Positions 1 to 10,531 of a stretch of DNA of 64,000 nucleotides are shown in pieces. Position 1 is the first letter of the stretch. Each line of letters begins with the position of its first letter. Below the pieces are notes generated by a model. It did no database searches. It worked only from the letters and a program-made list of their open reading frames with translations, and was not told the DNA's origin. The translations under genes were made by a program, and so were the position numbers. This DNA is from Escherichia coli (lineage in GTDB: Bacteria; Pseudomonadota; Gammaproteobacteria; Enterobacterales; Enterobacteriaceae): NCBI RefSeq assembly GCF_046105845.1, contig NZ_CP151004.1. One strand, 5' to 3'.

Positions 1-527
1 TTCTGCGCCTGGCGTTCTTTGGCCCATTTATTGGTGCCATCGCGCGGTCGGTTGGTGGTGCTATTTCCGATAAATTCGGCGGAGTGCGGGTGACGTTGAT
101 CAACTTCATTTTTATGGCGATTTTCAGCGCCCTGCTGTTCCTTACCTTACCGGGCACAGGCTCCGGTAATTTCATCGCATTTTACGCCGTATTTATGGGG
201 TTGTTTCTGACCGCAGGTCTGGGAAGTGGTTCTACTTTCCAGATGATCGCCGTCATCTTTCGCCAGATAACCATTTATCGGGTGAAGATGAAAGGCGGTA
301 GTGATGAGCAAGCTCAGAGAGAAGCCGTCACCGAAACGGCGGCGGCTCTGGGCTTTATCTCAGCCATTGGCGCAGTGGGCGGCTTTTTCATTCCGCAGGC
401 GTTTGGCATGTCGCTCAATATGACCGGCTCTCCGGTAGGCGCGATGAAAGTGTTTTTAATCTTCTACATCGTTTGTGTGCTGCTGACCTGGCTGGTTTAT
501 GGTCGGCGGAAGTTCAGCCAAAAATAA
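1..527 (+). CDS. narU: nitrate/nitrite transporter NarU, C-terminal part (5' end outside window)
   Basis: Open frame runs from the window edge to the stop at 525-527; hydrophobic MFS-like C-terminus; sits immediately upstream of narZ as in the narU-narZYWV locus. Confidence 0.85.
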   Translation, partial: LRLAFFGPFIGAIARSVGGAISDKFGGVRVTLINFIFMAIFSALLFLTLPGTGSGNFIAFYAVFMGLFLTAGLGSGSTFQMIAVIFRQITIYRVKMKGGSDEQAQREAVTETAAALGFISAIGAVGGFFIPQAFGMSLNMTGSPVGAMKVFLIFYIVCVLLTWLVYGRRKFSQK

Positions 528-621
528 GAGATCGATGCCTGACACGTCTTATCAGGCTACAACCGTGTCGCACCCGACAAGGCATCAGATCCCAATTCAT
601 TCCTGGAGCAGGAGTTATGTC

Positions 622-3600
622 ATGAGTAAACTTTTGGATCGCTTTCGCTATTTCAAACAAAAGGGCGAAACCTTTGCCGATGGTCACGGACAGGTGATGC
701 ATAGCAACCGCGACTGGGAGGACAGCTATCGCCAGCGTTGGCAATTCGACAAAATCGTGCGTTCCACCCACGGTGTTAACTGTACAGGCTCCTGTAGCTG
801 GAAAATCTACGTTAAAAATGGTCTGGTGACCTGGGAAATCCAACAGACCGACTACCCGCGCACTCGCCCTGACCTGCCCAATCATGAACCTCGCGGCTGC
901 CCGCGTGGCGCAAGTTACTCCTGGTATCTTTACAGCGCTAACCGCCTGAAATACCCGCTCATTCGCAAACGACTGATTGAACTGTGGCGCGAAGCCCTCA
1001 AACAACACAGCGATCCGGTACTGGCGTGGGCATCGATTATGAACGATCCGCAAAAGTGCCTGAGCTACAAACAAGTGCGTGGGCGCGGCGGGTTTATCCG
1101 CTCCAACTGGCAGGAACTAAACCAGCTGATTGCCGCCGCTAACGTCTGGACCATCAAAACCTACGGCCCGGATCGCGTTGCCGGTTTCTCGCCGATCCCG
1201 GCGATGTCGATGGTTTCTTACGCCGCCGGAACACGTTATCTTTCACTATTAGGTGGCACCTGTTTAAGCTTCTACGACTGGTATTGCGACCTGCCGCCCG
1301 CCTCGCCGATGACCTGGGGCGAGCAAACCGACGTGCCAGAATCTGCCGACTGGTATAACTCCAGCTACATCATCGCCTGGGGGTCTAACGTACCGCAGAC
1401 ACGTACGCCGGACGCCCACTTCTTTACCGAAGTACGCTACAAAGGCACTAAAACCATCGCCATTACCCCTGACTACTCTGAAGTGGCCAAATTGTGCGAC
1501 CAGTGGCTGGCACCAAAACAAGGCACTGATAGCGCCTTGGCGATGGCAATGGGCCATGTGATTTTAAAAGAGTTTCATCTCGATAATCCCAGCGACTACT
1601 TTATCAACTACTGCCGCCGCTACAGCGACATGCCGATGCTGGTAATGCTGGAACCTCGCGACGATGGCAGCTACGTACCCGGGCGCATGATCCGCGCGTC
1701 TGACCTGGTAGATGGACTGGGCGAAAGCAACAATCCGCAGTGGAAAACCGTGGCGGTTAATACCGCAGGTGAACTGGTGGTGCCGAACGGTTCGATTGGT
1801 TTTCGCTGGGGAGAAAAAGGCAAATGGAATCTGGAATCTATTGCCGCCGGTACGGAAACCGAATTGTCATTAACCCTGCTTGGTCAACATGACGCCGTTG
1901 CAGGCGTGGCCTTCCCCTACTTTGGCGGCATTGAAAATCCGCATTTTCGTAGCGTAAAACATGATCCTGTCCTGGTGCGTCAATTACCCGTTAAAAACCT
2001 GACATTAGCCGATGGCAGCACCTGTCCGGTGGTTAGCGTTTATGATTTGGTACTGGCGAATTATGGCCTCGATCGCGGGCTGGAAGATGAAAACAGCGCG
2101 AAAGATTACGCTGAAATCAAACCGTACACCCCAGCCTGGGGTGAGCAAATTACCGGCGTGCCGCGCCAGTATATTGAAACCATCGCCCGTGAATTTGCCG
2201 ATACCGCCCATAAAACGCATGGGCGCTCGATGATTATCCTCGGTGCTGGCGTCAACCATTGGTATCACATGGACATGAACTACCGTGGGATGATCAACAT
2301 GCTGATCTTCTGCGGTTGTGTCGGGCAAAGCGGTGGCGGCTGGGCACACTATGTCGGTCAGGAAAAACTGCGCCCGCAAACCGGCTGGTTGCCACTGGCC
2401 TTTGCGCTCGACTGGAACCGACCACCGCGCCAGATGAACAGCACCTCGTTTTTCTACAATCATTCCAGCCAATGGCGCTATGAAAAAGTCTCTGCTCAGG
2501 AGTTACTTTCACCGATCGCCGATGCCAGTAAGTACAGCGGTCATCTGATTGATTTCAACGTTCGCGCCGAACGTATGGGCTGGCTACCTTCTGCGCCGCA
2601 GCTGGGGCGTAACCCGCTCGGGATTAAAGCTGAAGCCGACAAGGCCGGATTATCCCCCACAGAATTTACCGCCCAGGCGCTGAAATCGGGCGATTTACGC
2701 ATGGCCTGCGAACAACCAGATAGCGGCAGCAATCATCCGCGTAATTTGTTTGTCTGGCGTTCTAACCTGCTTGGCTCCTCCGGCAAAGGCCACGAGTATA
2801 TGCAGAAGTATCTGCTGGGGACCGAAAGCGGGATTCAGGGCGAGGAACTCGGTGCCAGCGACGGGATCAAACCGGAAGAAGTCGAGTGGCAAACTGCGGC
2901 GATTGAAGGCAAGCTCGACCTGCTGGTGACGCTCGACTTCCGTATGTCCAGTACCTGCCTGTTCTCCGATATCGTTCTGCCCACCGCCACCTGGTACGAA
3001 AAAGACGATATGAACACCTCGGATATGCATCCGTTTATTCATCCGCTTTCTGCGGCGGTCGATCCGGCGTGGGAATCACGCAGCGACTGGGAAATCTACA
3101 AAGGTATCGCCAAAGCCTTTTCGCAAGTGTGCGTGGGCCATCTTGGCAAAGAAACCGACGTGGTATTACAACCACTGCTGCATGACTCTCCGGCAGAACT
3201 CTCACAGCCGTGTGAAGTGCTCGACTGGCGCAAAGGCGAATGCGATCTGATTCCAGGTAAAACTGCGCCCAATATTGTGGCGGTGGAACGCGACTACCCT
3301 GCTACCTATGAACGCTTTACCTCGCTCGGGCCATTGATGGACAAACTTGGCAACGGCGGTAAAGGGATTTCGTGGAATACCCAGGATGAAATCGATTTCC
3401 TCGGCAAACTCAACTACACCAAGCGTGAAGGCCCGGCACAGGGGCGTCCGCTGATTGACACCGCCATTGACGCATCAGAAGTGATTCTGGCGCTGGCACC
3501 GGAAACCAACGGTCATGTTGCAGTCAAAGCGTGGCAGGCGCTGGGCGAGATAACCGGACGCGAACATACCCATCTGGCGCTGCACAAAGAGGACGAGAAG

Positions 3601-4362
3601 ATTCGCTTTCGCGATATTCAGGCGCAGCCACGTAAAATCATCTCCAGCCCCACATGGTCTGGTCTGGAAAGCGATCACGTCTCCTACAACGCCGGATATA
3701 CCAACGTTCATGAGTTAATTCCGTGGCGCACGCTGTCGGGACGCCAGCAGCTCTATCAGGATCATCCGTGGATGCGTGCTTTTGGTGAAAGCCTGGTGGC
3801 TTATCGCCCGCCTATCGACACCCGTAGCGTCAGTGAAATGCGCCAGATACCGCCAAACGGCTTCCCGGAAAAAGCACTTAACTTCCTGACGCCGCATCAG
3901 AAATGGGGCATTCACTCAACCTACAGTGAAAACCTGCTAATGCTGACCCTCTCTCGCGGTGGACCGATTGTCTGGATCAGCGAAACCGATGCCCGTGAAC
4001 TGACCATTGTCGATAACGACTGGGTGGAAGTGTTTAACGCCAACGGCGCGCTGACTGCCCGCGCGGTGGTCAGCCAACGTGTACCGCCGGGTATGACCAT
4101 GATGTATCACGCTCAGGAACGCATTATGAATATTCCTGGTTCGGAAGTAACTGGCATGCGCGGCGGCATTCATAACTCGGTCACCCGCGTTTGTCCGAAA
4201 CCAACGCATATGATTGGCGGTTACGCGCAGCTGGCCTGGGGCTTTAATTACTACGGCACCGTCGGCTCGAACCGTGACGAATTCATCATGATCCGCAAGA
4301 TGAAGAACGTTAACTGGCTGGATGATGAAGGTCGCGATCAGGTACAGGAGGCGAAAAAATGA
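622..4362 (+). CDS. narZ: respiratory nitrate reductase 2 (NRZ) alpha subunit, molybdoenzyme
   Basis: Track ORF 499..4362; true start taken at internal ATG (MSKLLDRFRYF...) giving 1246 aa; N-terminal HGVNCTGSCSW Fe-S motif typical of NarG/NarZ; stop overlaps narY start (ATGA). Confidence 0.95.
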   Translation: MSKLLDRFRYFKQKGETFADGHGQVMHSNRDWEDSYRQRWQFDKIVRSTHGVNCTGSCSWKIYVKNGLVTWEIQQTDYPRTRPDLPNHEPRGCPRGASYSWYLYSANRLKYPLIRKRLIELWREALKQHSDPVLAWASIMNDPQKCLSYKQVRGRGGFIRSNWQELNQLIAAANVWTIKTYGPDRVAGFSPIPAMSMVSYAAGTRYLSLLGGTCLSFYDWYCDLPPASPMTWGEQTDVPESADWYNSSYIIAWGSNVPQTRTPDAHFFTEVRYKGTKTIAITPDYSEVAKLCDQWLAPKQGTDSALAMAMGHVILKEFHLDNPSDYFINYCRRYSDMPMLVMLEPRDDGSYVPGRMIRASDLVDGLGESNNPQWKTVAVNTAGELVVPNGSIGFRWGEKGKWNLESIAAGTETELSLTLLGQHDAVAGVAFPYFGGIENPHFRSVKHDPVLVRQLPVKNLTLADGSTCPVVSVYDLVLANYGLDRGLEDENSAKDYAEIKPYTPAWGEQITGVPRQYIETIAREFADTAHKTHGRSMIILGAGVNHWYHMDMNYRGMINMLIFCGCVGQSGGGWAHYVGQEKLRPQTGWLPLAFALDWNRPPRQMNSTSFFYNHSSQWRYEKVSAQELLSPIADASKYSGHLIDFNVRAERMGWLPSAPQLGRNPLGIKAEADKAGLSPTEFTAQALKSGDLRMACEQPDSGSNHPRNLFVWRSNLLGSSGKGHEYMQKYLLGTESGIQGEELGASDGIKPEEVEWQTAAIEGKLDLLVTLDFRMSSTCLFSDIVLPTATWYEKDDMNTSDMHPFIHPLSAAVDPAWESRSDWEIYKGIAKAFSQVCVGHLGKETDVVLQPLLHDSPAELSQPCEVLDWRKGECDLIPGKTAPNIVAVERDYPATYERFTSLGPLMDKLGNGGKGISWNTQDEIDFLGKLNYTKREGPAQGRPLIDTAIDASEVILALAPETNGHVAVKAWQALGEITGREHTHLALHKEDEKIRFRDIQAQPRKIISSPTWSGLESDHVSYNAGYTNVHELIPWRTLSGRQQLYQDHPWMRAFGESLVAYRPPIDTRSVSEMRQIPPNGFPEKALNFLTPHQKWGIHSTYSENLLMLTLSRGGPIVWISETDARELTIVDNDWVEVFNANGALTARAVVSQRVPPGMTMMYHAQERIMNIPGSEVTGMRGGIHNSVTRVCPKPTHMIGGYAQLAWGFNYYGTVGSNRDEFIMIRKMKNVNWLDDEGRDQVQEAKK

Positions 4363-5903
4363 AAATACGTTCGCAAGTCGGCATGGTGCTTAACCTCGAT
4401 AAATGTATCGGCTGCCATACCTGTTCGGTGACCTGTAAAAACGTCTGGACCGGACGCGAAGGCATGGAGTACGCATGGTTTAACAACGTCGAAACCAAAC
4501 CGGGCATTGGTTATCCGAAAAACTGGGAAGATCAGGAAGAGTGGCAAGGCGGCTGGGTGCGTGATGTGAATGGCAAGATCCGCCCGCGTCTGGGCAGCAA
4601 GATGGGCGTAATAACCAAAATCTTCGCCAACCCGGTGGTGCCGCAGATTGATGATTACTACGAACCTTTCACCTTCGACTACGAACATTTGCATAGCGCA
4701 CCGGAAGGCAAACATATCCCTACTGCTCGCCCGCGTTCACTGATTGACGGCAAACGGATGGACAAAGTGATCTGGGGGCCAAACTGGGAAGAACTGCTGG
4801 GCGGCGAATTTGAAAAACGCGCCCGCGACCGCAACTTCGAGGCCATGCAAAAGGAGATGTACGGGCAGTTTGAAAACACCTTCATGATGTACCTGCCGCG
4901 CTTGTGCGAACACTGCCTCAATCCCAGTTGCGTGGCGACCTGCCCAAGCGGCGCTATCTACAAACGCGAAGAAGACGGCATTGTGCTGATCGATCAGGAT
5001 AAATGCCGTGGCTGGCGTTTGTGCATTAGCGGTTGTCCGTACAAAAAAATCTACTTCAACTGGAAAAGCGGCAAGTCAGAAAAATGTATCTTCTGTTACC
5101 CACGAATTGAGTCAGGCCAACCCACCGTGTGCTCAGAAACCTGCGTGGGTCGCATCCGGTATCTGGGCGTGCTGCTTTACGACGCCGACCGCATCGAGGA
5201 AGCGGCGAGCACCGAGCGCGAAGTTGACCTCTATGAACGCCAGTGCGAAGTGTTCCTCGATCCGCACGATCCCTCAGTGATCGAAGAAGCCCTGAAACAA
5301 GGTATTCCACAAAACGTGATTGAAGCTGCCCAGCGTTCGCCAGTCTACAAAATGGCGATGGACTGGAAACTGGCGTTACCGCTGCACCCTGAATACCGCA
5401 CCCTGCCGATGGTCTGGTACGTTCCTCCGCTGTCACCGATTCAGTCTTACGCTGATGCGGGCGGTTTGCCGAAAAGCGAAGGCGTGCTCCCAGCCATCGA
5501 GAGCCTGCGTATTCCTGTGCAATATCTCGCCAATATGTTAAGTGCTGGCGATACCGGTCCGGTACTGCGGGCGCTAAAACGGATGATGGCGATGCGCCAC
5601 TATATGCGTTCACAAACCGTGGAAGGCGTTACCGATACCCGCGCCATTGACGAAGTAGGCCTGAGCGTCGCCCAGGTCGAAGAGATGTATCGCTACCTCG
5701 CCATTGCCAACTATGAAGACCGTTTTGTCATTCCAACCAGTCATCGGGAAATGGCGGGCGATGCCTTCGCAGAACGCAATGGCTGCGGTTTTACCTTTGG
5801 CGACGGTTGCCACGGCTCGGACAGCAAATTCAACCTGTTCAACAGTAGCCGTATCGATGCCATCAACATCACCGAAGTGCGCGACAAAGCGGAGGGCGAA
5901 TAA
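4359..5903 (+). CDS. narY: respiratory nitrate reductase 2 beta subunit (Fe-S)
   Basis: 514-aa ORF with four ferredoxin-type Cys clusters (CIGCHTCSVTC, CEHCLNPSCVATCP, CRGWRLCISGCPYKK, CIFCYPRIESGQPTVCSETCVGR). Confidence 0.95.
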   Translation: MKIRSQVGMVLNLDKCIGCHTCSVTCKNVWTGREGMEYAWFNNVETKPGIGYPKNWEDQEEWQGGWVRDVNGKIRPRLGSKMGVITKIFANPVVPQIDDYYEPFTFDYEHLHSAPEGKHIPTARPRSLIDGKRMDKVIWGPNWEELLGGEFEKRARDRNFEAMQKEMYGQFENTFMMYLPRLCEHCLNPSCVATCPSGAIYKREEDGIVLIDQDKCRGWRLCISGCPYKKIYFNWKSGKSEKCIFCYPRIESGQPTVCSETCVGRIRYLGVLLYDADRIEEAASTEREVDLYERQCEVFLDPHDPSVIEEALKQGIPQNVIEAAQRSPVYKMAMDWKLALPLHPEYRTLPMVWYVPPLSPIQSYADAGGLPKSEGVLPAIESLRIPVQYLANMLSAGDTGPVLRALKRMMAMRHYMRSQTVEGVTDTRAIDEVGLSVAQVEEMYRYLAIANYEDRFVIPTSHREMAGDAFAERNGCGFTFGDGCHGSDSKFNLFNSSRIDAINITEVRDKAEGE

Positions 5904-6598
5904 TGCAGATCCTCAAAGTGATCGGCCTGTTGATGGAGTATCCGGACGAGCTGTTGTGGGAATGTAAGGAGGACGCGCTGGCGTTGATCCGCCGCGACGC
6001 ACCGATGCTTACGGATTTTACCCGCAACCTGCTTAACGCGCCGCTGCTGGATAAACAGGCCGAATGGTGCGAAGTGTTTGACCGTGGACGTACCACATCG
6101 CTGCTGCTGTTCGAACATGTTCATGCCGAGTCCCGCGATCGCGGCCAGGCAATGGTGGACCTGCTGGCGGAGTATGAAAAGGTCGGCCTGCAGTTGGATT
6201 GTCGAGAACTGCCCGATTATCTGCCGCTGTATCTGGAGTACTTAAGCGTACTGCCGGACGATCAGGCGAAAGAAGGCTTGCTCAACGTTGCGCCGATCCT
6301 CGCCCTGCTTGGCGGACGCTTAAAACAACGCGAGGCTCCGTGGTATTCGTTGTTTGACGCCCTGCTGCATCTGGCGGGAAGTACACTTTCAAGTGACAGT
6401 GTCACAAAACAAGTAAACAACGAGGAGCGCGATGACACCCGCCAGGCGCTTGATGCAGTGTGGGAAGAGGAGCAGGTGAAGTTTATTGAAGATAACGCCA
6501 CGGCGTGTGACAGCTCGCCGCTTAATCAATATCAGCGACGCTTTAGCCAGGATGTCGCGCCGCAATATGTCGACATCAGTGCGGGAGGTGGGAAATGA
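5903..6598 (+). CDS. narW: nitrate reductase 2 assembly chaperone (NarJ-like delta subunit)
   Basis: 231-aa ORF; 1-nt overlap (TAATG) with narY and 4-nt overlap with narV; position in operon. Confidence 0.9.
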   Translation: MQILKVIGLLMEYPDELLWECKEDALALIRRDAPMLTDFTRNLLNAPLLDKQAEWCEVFDRGRTTSLLLFEHVHAESRDRGQAMVDLLAEYEKVGLQLDCRELPDYLPLYLEYLSVLPDDQAKEGLLNVAPILALLGGRLKQREAPWYSLFDALLHLAGSTLSSDSVTKQVNNEERDDTRQALDAVWEEEQVKFIEDNATACDSSPLNQYQRRFSQDVAPQYVDISAGGGK

Positions 6599-7275
6599 TT
6601 CAGTATCTGAACGTCTTTTTTTATGATATCTACCCGTACATTTGTGCGACAGTGTTTTTCCTCGGCAGCTGGCTGCGCTACGACTACGGGCAGTATACCT
6701 GGCGCGCCTCCTCGAGTCAGATGCTCGATAAACGCGGGATGGTGATATGGTCGAATCTGTTCCATATCGGCATTTTGGGGATTTTCTTCGGGCACCTGTT
6801 CGGCATGTTAACGCCGCACTGGATGTACGCGTGGTTTTTGCCAGTGGCAGCGAAACAACTAATGGCGATGGTGCTCGGCGGTATTTGCGGTGTGTTGACG
6901 TTGATTGGCAGCGCAGGACTGCTGTGGCGCAGGCTGACTAATCAGCGTGTGCGTGCCACTTCCACTACGCCGGATATTATCATCATGAGCATTTTGCTGA
7001 TCCAGTGTCTGCTGGGGCTAAGTACCATACCGTTTTCAGCACAGTATCCTGATGGTAGCGAAATGATGAAGCTGGTGGGTTGGGCGCAAAGCATTGTCAC
7101 TTTCCGTGGTGGATCGTCAGAGATGCTCAACGGCGTAGCGTTCGTCTTCCGCTTGCATCTGGTGTTGGGAATGACCATCTTCCTGCTCTTCCCGTTCACC
7201 AGACTGGTGCATGTGTGGAGCGCGCCGTTTGAGTACTTTACTCGTCGGTATCAGATTGTGCGTTCGCGGCGATAA
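6595..7275 (+). CDS. narV: nitrate reductase 2 gamma subunit (cytochrome b, membrane anchor)
   Basis: 226-aa polytopic membrane ORF with conserved His residues; last gene of the narZYWV operon. Confidence 0.9.
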   Translation: MIQYLNVFFYDIYPYICATVFFLGSWLRYDYGQYTWRASSSQMLDKRGMVIWSNLFHIGILGIFFGHLFGMLTPHWMYAWFLPVAAKQLMAMVLGGICGVLTLIGSAGLLWRRLTNQRVRATSTTPDIIIMSILLIQCLLGLSTIPFSAQYPDGSEMMKLVGWAQSIVTFRGGSSEMLNGVAFVFRLHLVLGMTIFLLFPFTRLVHVWSAPFEYFTRRYQIVRSRR

Positions 7276-7354
7276 TTTTCACCCTGGCCGGATAGCCCTT
7301 CGCTCTCCGGCCACTTGCAGGCTATGATAGTTCTCCAGCCACAGGAGAACGTTA

Positions 7355-8248
7355 ATGAAACCGCAGGTTTACCACGTCGATGCTTTTACCTCACAACCGT
7401 TTCGCGGCAATTCTGCCGGTGTTGTTTTCCCCGCCGATAATCTCAGTGAAGCGCAAATGCAGCTTATCGCCCGCGAATTAGGTCATTCCGAAACTGCTTT
7501 TCTGCTGCACAGCGACGACAGCGATGTGCGCATCCGCTACTTTACGCCAACAGTTGAAGTGCCGATTTGTGGTCACGCGACAGTAGCTGCGCACTATGTA
7601 CGTGCGAAGGTGTTAGGTTTAGGAAATTGCACGGTCTGGCAAACGTCACTGGCAGGAAAACATCGCGTGACTATCGAAAATCACAATGATGATTATCGTA
7701 TTTCACTGGAACAAGGTCCGCCGGGCTTTGAACCGCCGCTGGAGGATGAAGTACGCGCGGCGATTATCAACGCATTGCATCTTACTGAAGACGATATTCT
7801 GCCGGGTTTGCCGATCCAGGTCGCGACGACCGGGCATTCTAAAGTGATGATCCCGTTGAAGCCGGAAGTGGATATCGACGCTCTTTCGCCTGACCTTAAT
7901 GCGCTGACCGCTATCAGTAAACAGATTGGCTGCAATGGTTTCTTCCCGTTCCAGATCCGCCCAGGCAAAAACGAAACCGACGGTCGTATGTTCTCGCCTG
8001 CGATTGGTATTGTGGAAGATCCGGTGACTGGCAATGCCAATGGCCCGATGGGTGCATGGTTGGTACATCACAACGTATTGCCCCACGATGGCAACGTGTT
8101 GTGTGTTAAAGGCCATCAGGGGCGCGCATTGGGGCGTGACGGCGTGATTGAAGTAACGGTGACAATTCGCGATAACCAACCGGAGAAAGTCACCATTTCT
8201 GGCACAGCGGTGATTTTGTTTCATGCCGAATGGGCAATTGAATTCTGA
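7355..8248 (+). CDS. yddE: PhzF-family isomerase-like protein
   Basis: 297-aa ORF; PhzF/DAP-epimerase-like fold recognised from sequence; synteny next to narV. Confidence 0.85.
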   Translation: MKPQVYHVDAFTSQPFRGNSAGVVFPADNLSEAQMQLIARELGHSETAFLLHSDDSDVRIRYFTPTVEVPICGHATVAAHYVRAKVLGLGNCTVWQTSLAGKHRVTIENHNDDYRISLEQGPPGFEPPLEDEVRAAIINALHLTEDDILPGLPIQVATTGHSKVMIPLKPEVDIDALSPDLNALTAISKQIGCNGFFPFQIRPGKNETDGRMFSPAIGIVEDPVTGNANGPMGAWLVHHNVLPHDGNVLCVKGHQGRALGRDGVIEVTVTIRDNQPEKVTISGTAVILFHAEWAIEF

Positions 8249-8255
8249 AACCGTT

Positions 8256-8323
8256 GCCTGATGCGCTTCGCTTATCAGGTCTATGTATGCCGGATAAGGC
8301 GTTTACGCCGCATCCGGCAACCT
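8256..8323. repeat. REP (repetitive extragenic palindromic) element pair
   Basis: Intergenic imperfect palindromes gcctgatgcg...cttatcagg and gccggataaggcgtttacgccgcatccggca match the enterobacterial REP consensus. Confidence 0.7.
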
Positions 8324-8331
8324 GACATAAA

Positions 8332-9177
8332 TTATTTTCCCGCCTCCGGGTGCGTATCAAACGCCGCCATCACCAGCGCTAACTCATCCACGGTAAAGCC
8401 ATGTTTCGCATCATCCACCCCCAGACCAAACTGTTCCTGCATCACGGCATATAACGACGCCACATCTGGTAGATTTCGCTGTTCCACCGCGTGCCCATTT
8501 TCATAATGGGTAAAATGAAAATTGGTCAGTGTCAGCTTGCCGCCGTCCGGCAAATGGCGGCACATCAGCAAATGATGGCGAAAATGCGACTGCGGCCAGT
8601 GCGCAGACCAGAAATTGCCCATTACATAATCGCTTTGTTGCTGCTCGCAGAGATCAAAACGGTACATCGACTGCCAGTGCTGATGATGATTAAACTGCAA
8701 CACCCAATCATCACCCTCCTGTAACAACCGATACTCTCCGTGTGGCGTGATCTGCACGAGATCGGGAACTAAACGAATCGGCGCGGTTAGCGTCTGTCCA
8801 CCGAAACCGACATCAGCAATCCATTTTTCCCCTTCCAGTTCCACCAACAGCAAACGATGGGTGCGCGGCGGTAATGCTGGCGGATTTGATAACACTACGC
8901 GCCCTAACAAGCTGCGAACGTTAAACCCCAGCTCGCGTAACACCCGCTCAAACACGCCATTCTGCTCAAAACAGTAACCGCCACGACGGGCTATCACCAG
9001 TTTCTCTTCCAGCGATTGATCATCAAGCTGTATTTCCCTCGGCAGCAAAACGTCGAGGTTTTCAAATGGAATGGTGCAATTGTGTTTCAGGTGCAATGCA
9101 CGAAGCGTATCAATATTGACCGCAGCAGCTCCCGACCAGTTAATACGGGCAAAATAGTGATTCAGAATGGGCGTCAT
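8332..9177 (-). CDS. nhoA: arylamine N-acetyltransferase (N-hydroxyarylamine O-acetyltransferase)
   Basis: 281-aa ORF; NAT-family sequence (…GGYCFEQNGVF… with catalytic Cys); synteny. Confidence 0.9.
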   Translation of the reverse strand: MTPILNHYFARINWSGAAAVNIDTLRALHLKHNCTIPFENLDVLLPREIQLDDQSLEEKLVIARRGGYCFEQNGVFERVLRELGFNVRSLLGRVVLSNPPALPPRTHRLLLVELEGEKWIADVGFGGQTLTAPIRLVPDLVQITPHGEYRLLQEGDDWVLQFNHHQHWQSMYRFDLCEQQQSDYVMGNFWSAHWPQSHFRHHLLMCRHLPDGGKLTLTNFHFTHYENGHAVEQRNLPDVASLYAVMQEQFGLGVDDAKHGFTVDELALVMAAFDTHPEAGK

Positions 9178-9349
9178 CAGGCGTTTCCCTTAGTGGTTTT
9201 CTCAACTTATAACCTGGAATAGACGCCGCACCGGCTATTTTGTGCGATCGCGGACATGCATCACGTTTGCAAATCGCCAATCCCGTTAATTTCGTTACTT
9301 ATTGCGTTACGGACTACGCTTAAAAAAACCTTCTTCGCGAGGCGATACC

Positions 9350-9919
9350 ATGAGCCGATTTATCCCCGTCGAATTACACCATGCCAGCCGTCTGTTAAAT
9401 CATGGCGCAACTGTCATGATCACCAGTTTCGATGAGCAATCCCAGCGGCGTAACATTATGGCAGCAGCCTGGTCAATGCCGGTGGAGTTTGAACCGCCAC
9501 GTGTGGCGATTGTGGTAGATAAATCGACATGGACCAGGGAGTTGATTGAACGTAATGGTAAGTTTGGCATCGTTATCCCGGGTGTTGCAGCAACTAACTG
9601 GACGTGGGCGGTGGGAAGTGTGTCGGGGCGTGATGAAGATAAGTTTAATTGCTATGGTATTCCGGTTGTGAAAGGTCCGGTGCTTGGTTTGCCGCTGGTC
9701 GAGGAAAAATGTCTGGCGTGGATGGAGTGTCGCCTGCTACCTGCGACTTCTGCGCAAGAAAAATACGACACACTGTTTGGCGAGGTAGTATCAGCAGCGG
9801 CAGACGCACGGGTATTTGTCGAAGGCCGCTGGCAGTTTGATGATGATAAACTCAATACACTACATCATTTAGGTGCTGGCACGTTTGTTACCAGCGGCAA
9901 GCGTATTACCGCTGGCTAA
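9350..9919 (+). CDS. yddH: flavin reductase-like domain protein
   Basis: Track ORF 9302..9919; start placed at internal ATG (MSRFIPVELHH...) giving 189 aa; flavin-reductase-like fold. Confidence 0.8.
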   Translation: MSRFIPVELHHASRLLNHGATVMITSFDEQSQRRNIMAAAWSMPVEFEPPRVAIVVDKSTWTRELIERNGKFGIVIPGVAATNWTWAVGSVSGRDEDKFNCYGIPVVKGPVLGLPLVEEKCLAWMECRLLPATSAQEKYDTLFGEVVSAAADARVFVEGRWQFDDDKLNTLHHLGAGTFVTSGKRITAG

Positions 9920-9984
9920 AGAATCATATGCAGCGACCGGTTTTTTAAGCAATGTTTCCATATGAGTTAAAAGCACATTTTATT

Positions 9985-10140
9985 TCACGATTGTATATTC
10001 TTAGTGAAGATTAATTTATCCTCACCAACATCATAGTAATTGCGTATTATAGCTTCATTGATAAAGCCCTGTTTTGTATAAAATGCGCGGGCGGCACTAA
10101 AATCGATATGGCTGGAGGTCTCTACTAAAAGTAGTCTTGC
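9985..10140 (-). pseudogene. GNAT (RimI-like) acetyltransferase, C-terminal remnant only
   Basis: Minus-strand open frame without start codon translates to ...RLLLVETSSHIDFSAARAFYTKQGFINEAIIRNYYDVGEDKLIFTKNIQS*, matching the C-terminal acetyl-CoA-binding end of RimI-like GNATs; lies in an AT-rich tract. Confidence 0.45.
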
Positions 10141-10531
10141 GTGATTGGGACAGGTCAAGAAAAAGCAGTTTTGCAGTTTTTTATTTCAGGGCACAGTTGC
10201 GAAAATTGAATCCCTTATGGACTAATGTGAGAAAATTCCGAGGTATGACTGTTTTGATATAGTGGACAATCAAGCGTCTCGAATTAACAATGAATTTCAG
10301 GTGCCAAGCCTTACAATTTGTAGCATGACGGATATAGGACAACATTAGGAAATCGGACAGAAAATTCATCATAATAAAATGACAACTTATCTCTTTCTCT
10401 CACTTTCTGAGAAATTTCACAAAAGTATAAACTAAGCCAATATGCCTTTATATATAAAAAATACTCATGCTTATTTTTATCGGAAAAATCCAAAATTTTG
10501 TCAAGACCATCAAAAATATCTTTATCATGAT

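Noticed and set aside
528-600. Possible REP element between narU and narZ
   Set aside because: Palindromic segments (gcctgacacgtcttatcaggc) only loosely match the REP consensus and overlap the narZ leader; too weak to call.
514-4209. Numerous minus-strand ORFs of 60-190 aa inside narZ (for example 514..1074, 2005..2472, 2695..3042, 3937..4209)
   Set aside because: They are antisense to a highly conserved, long molybdoenzyme gene and have no start context or family resemblance; typical spurious ORFs of a GC-rich coding region.
7285-7313. Hairpin after narV (tggccgga...tccggcca) as an intrinsic terminator
   Set aside because: Stem is present but there is no following T-run; it could be a REP-like element or a Rho-dependent region, so it is not called as a terminator.
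10181-10493. Two short minus-strand ORFs (10181..10372, 10311..10493) in the AT-rich island
   Set aside because: Low-complexity, AT-rich, overlapping each other, with no SD or domain resemblance; most likely chance ORFs in decayed DNA.
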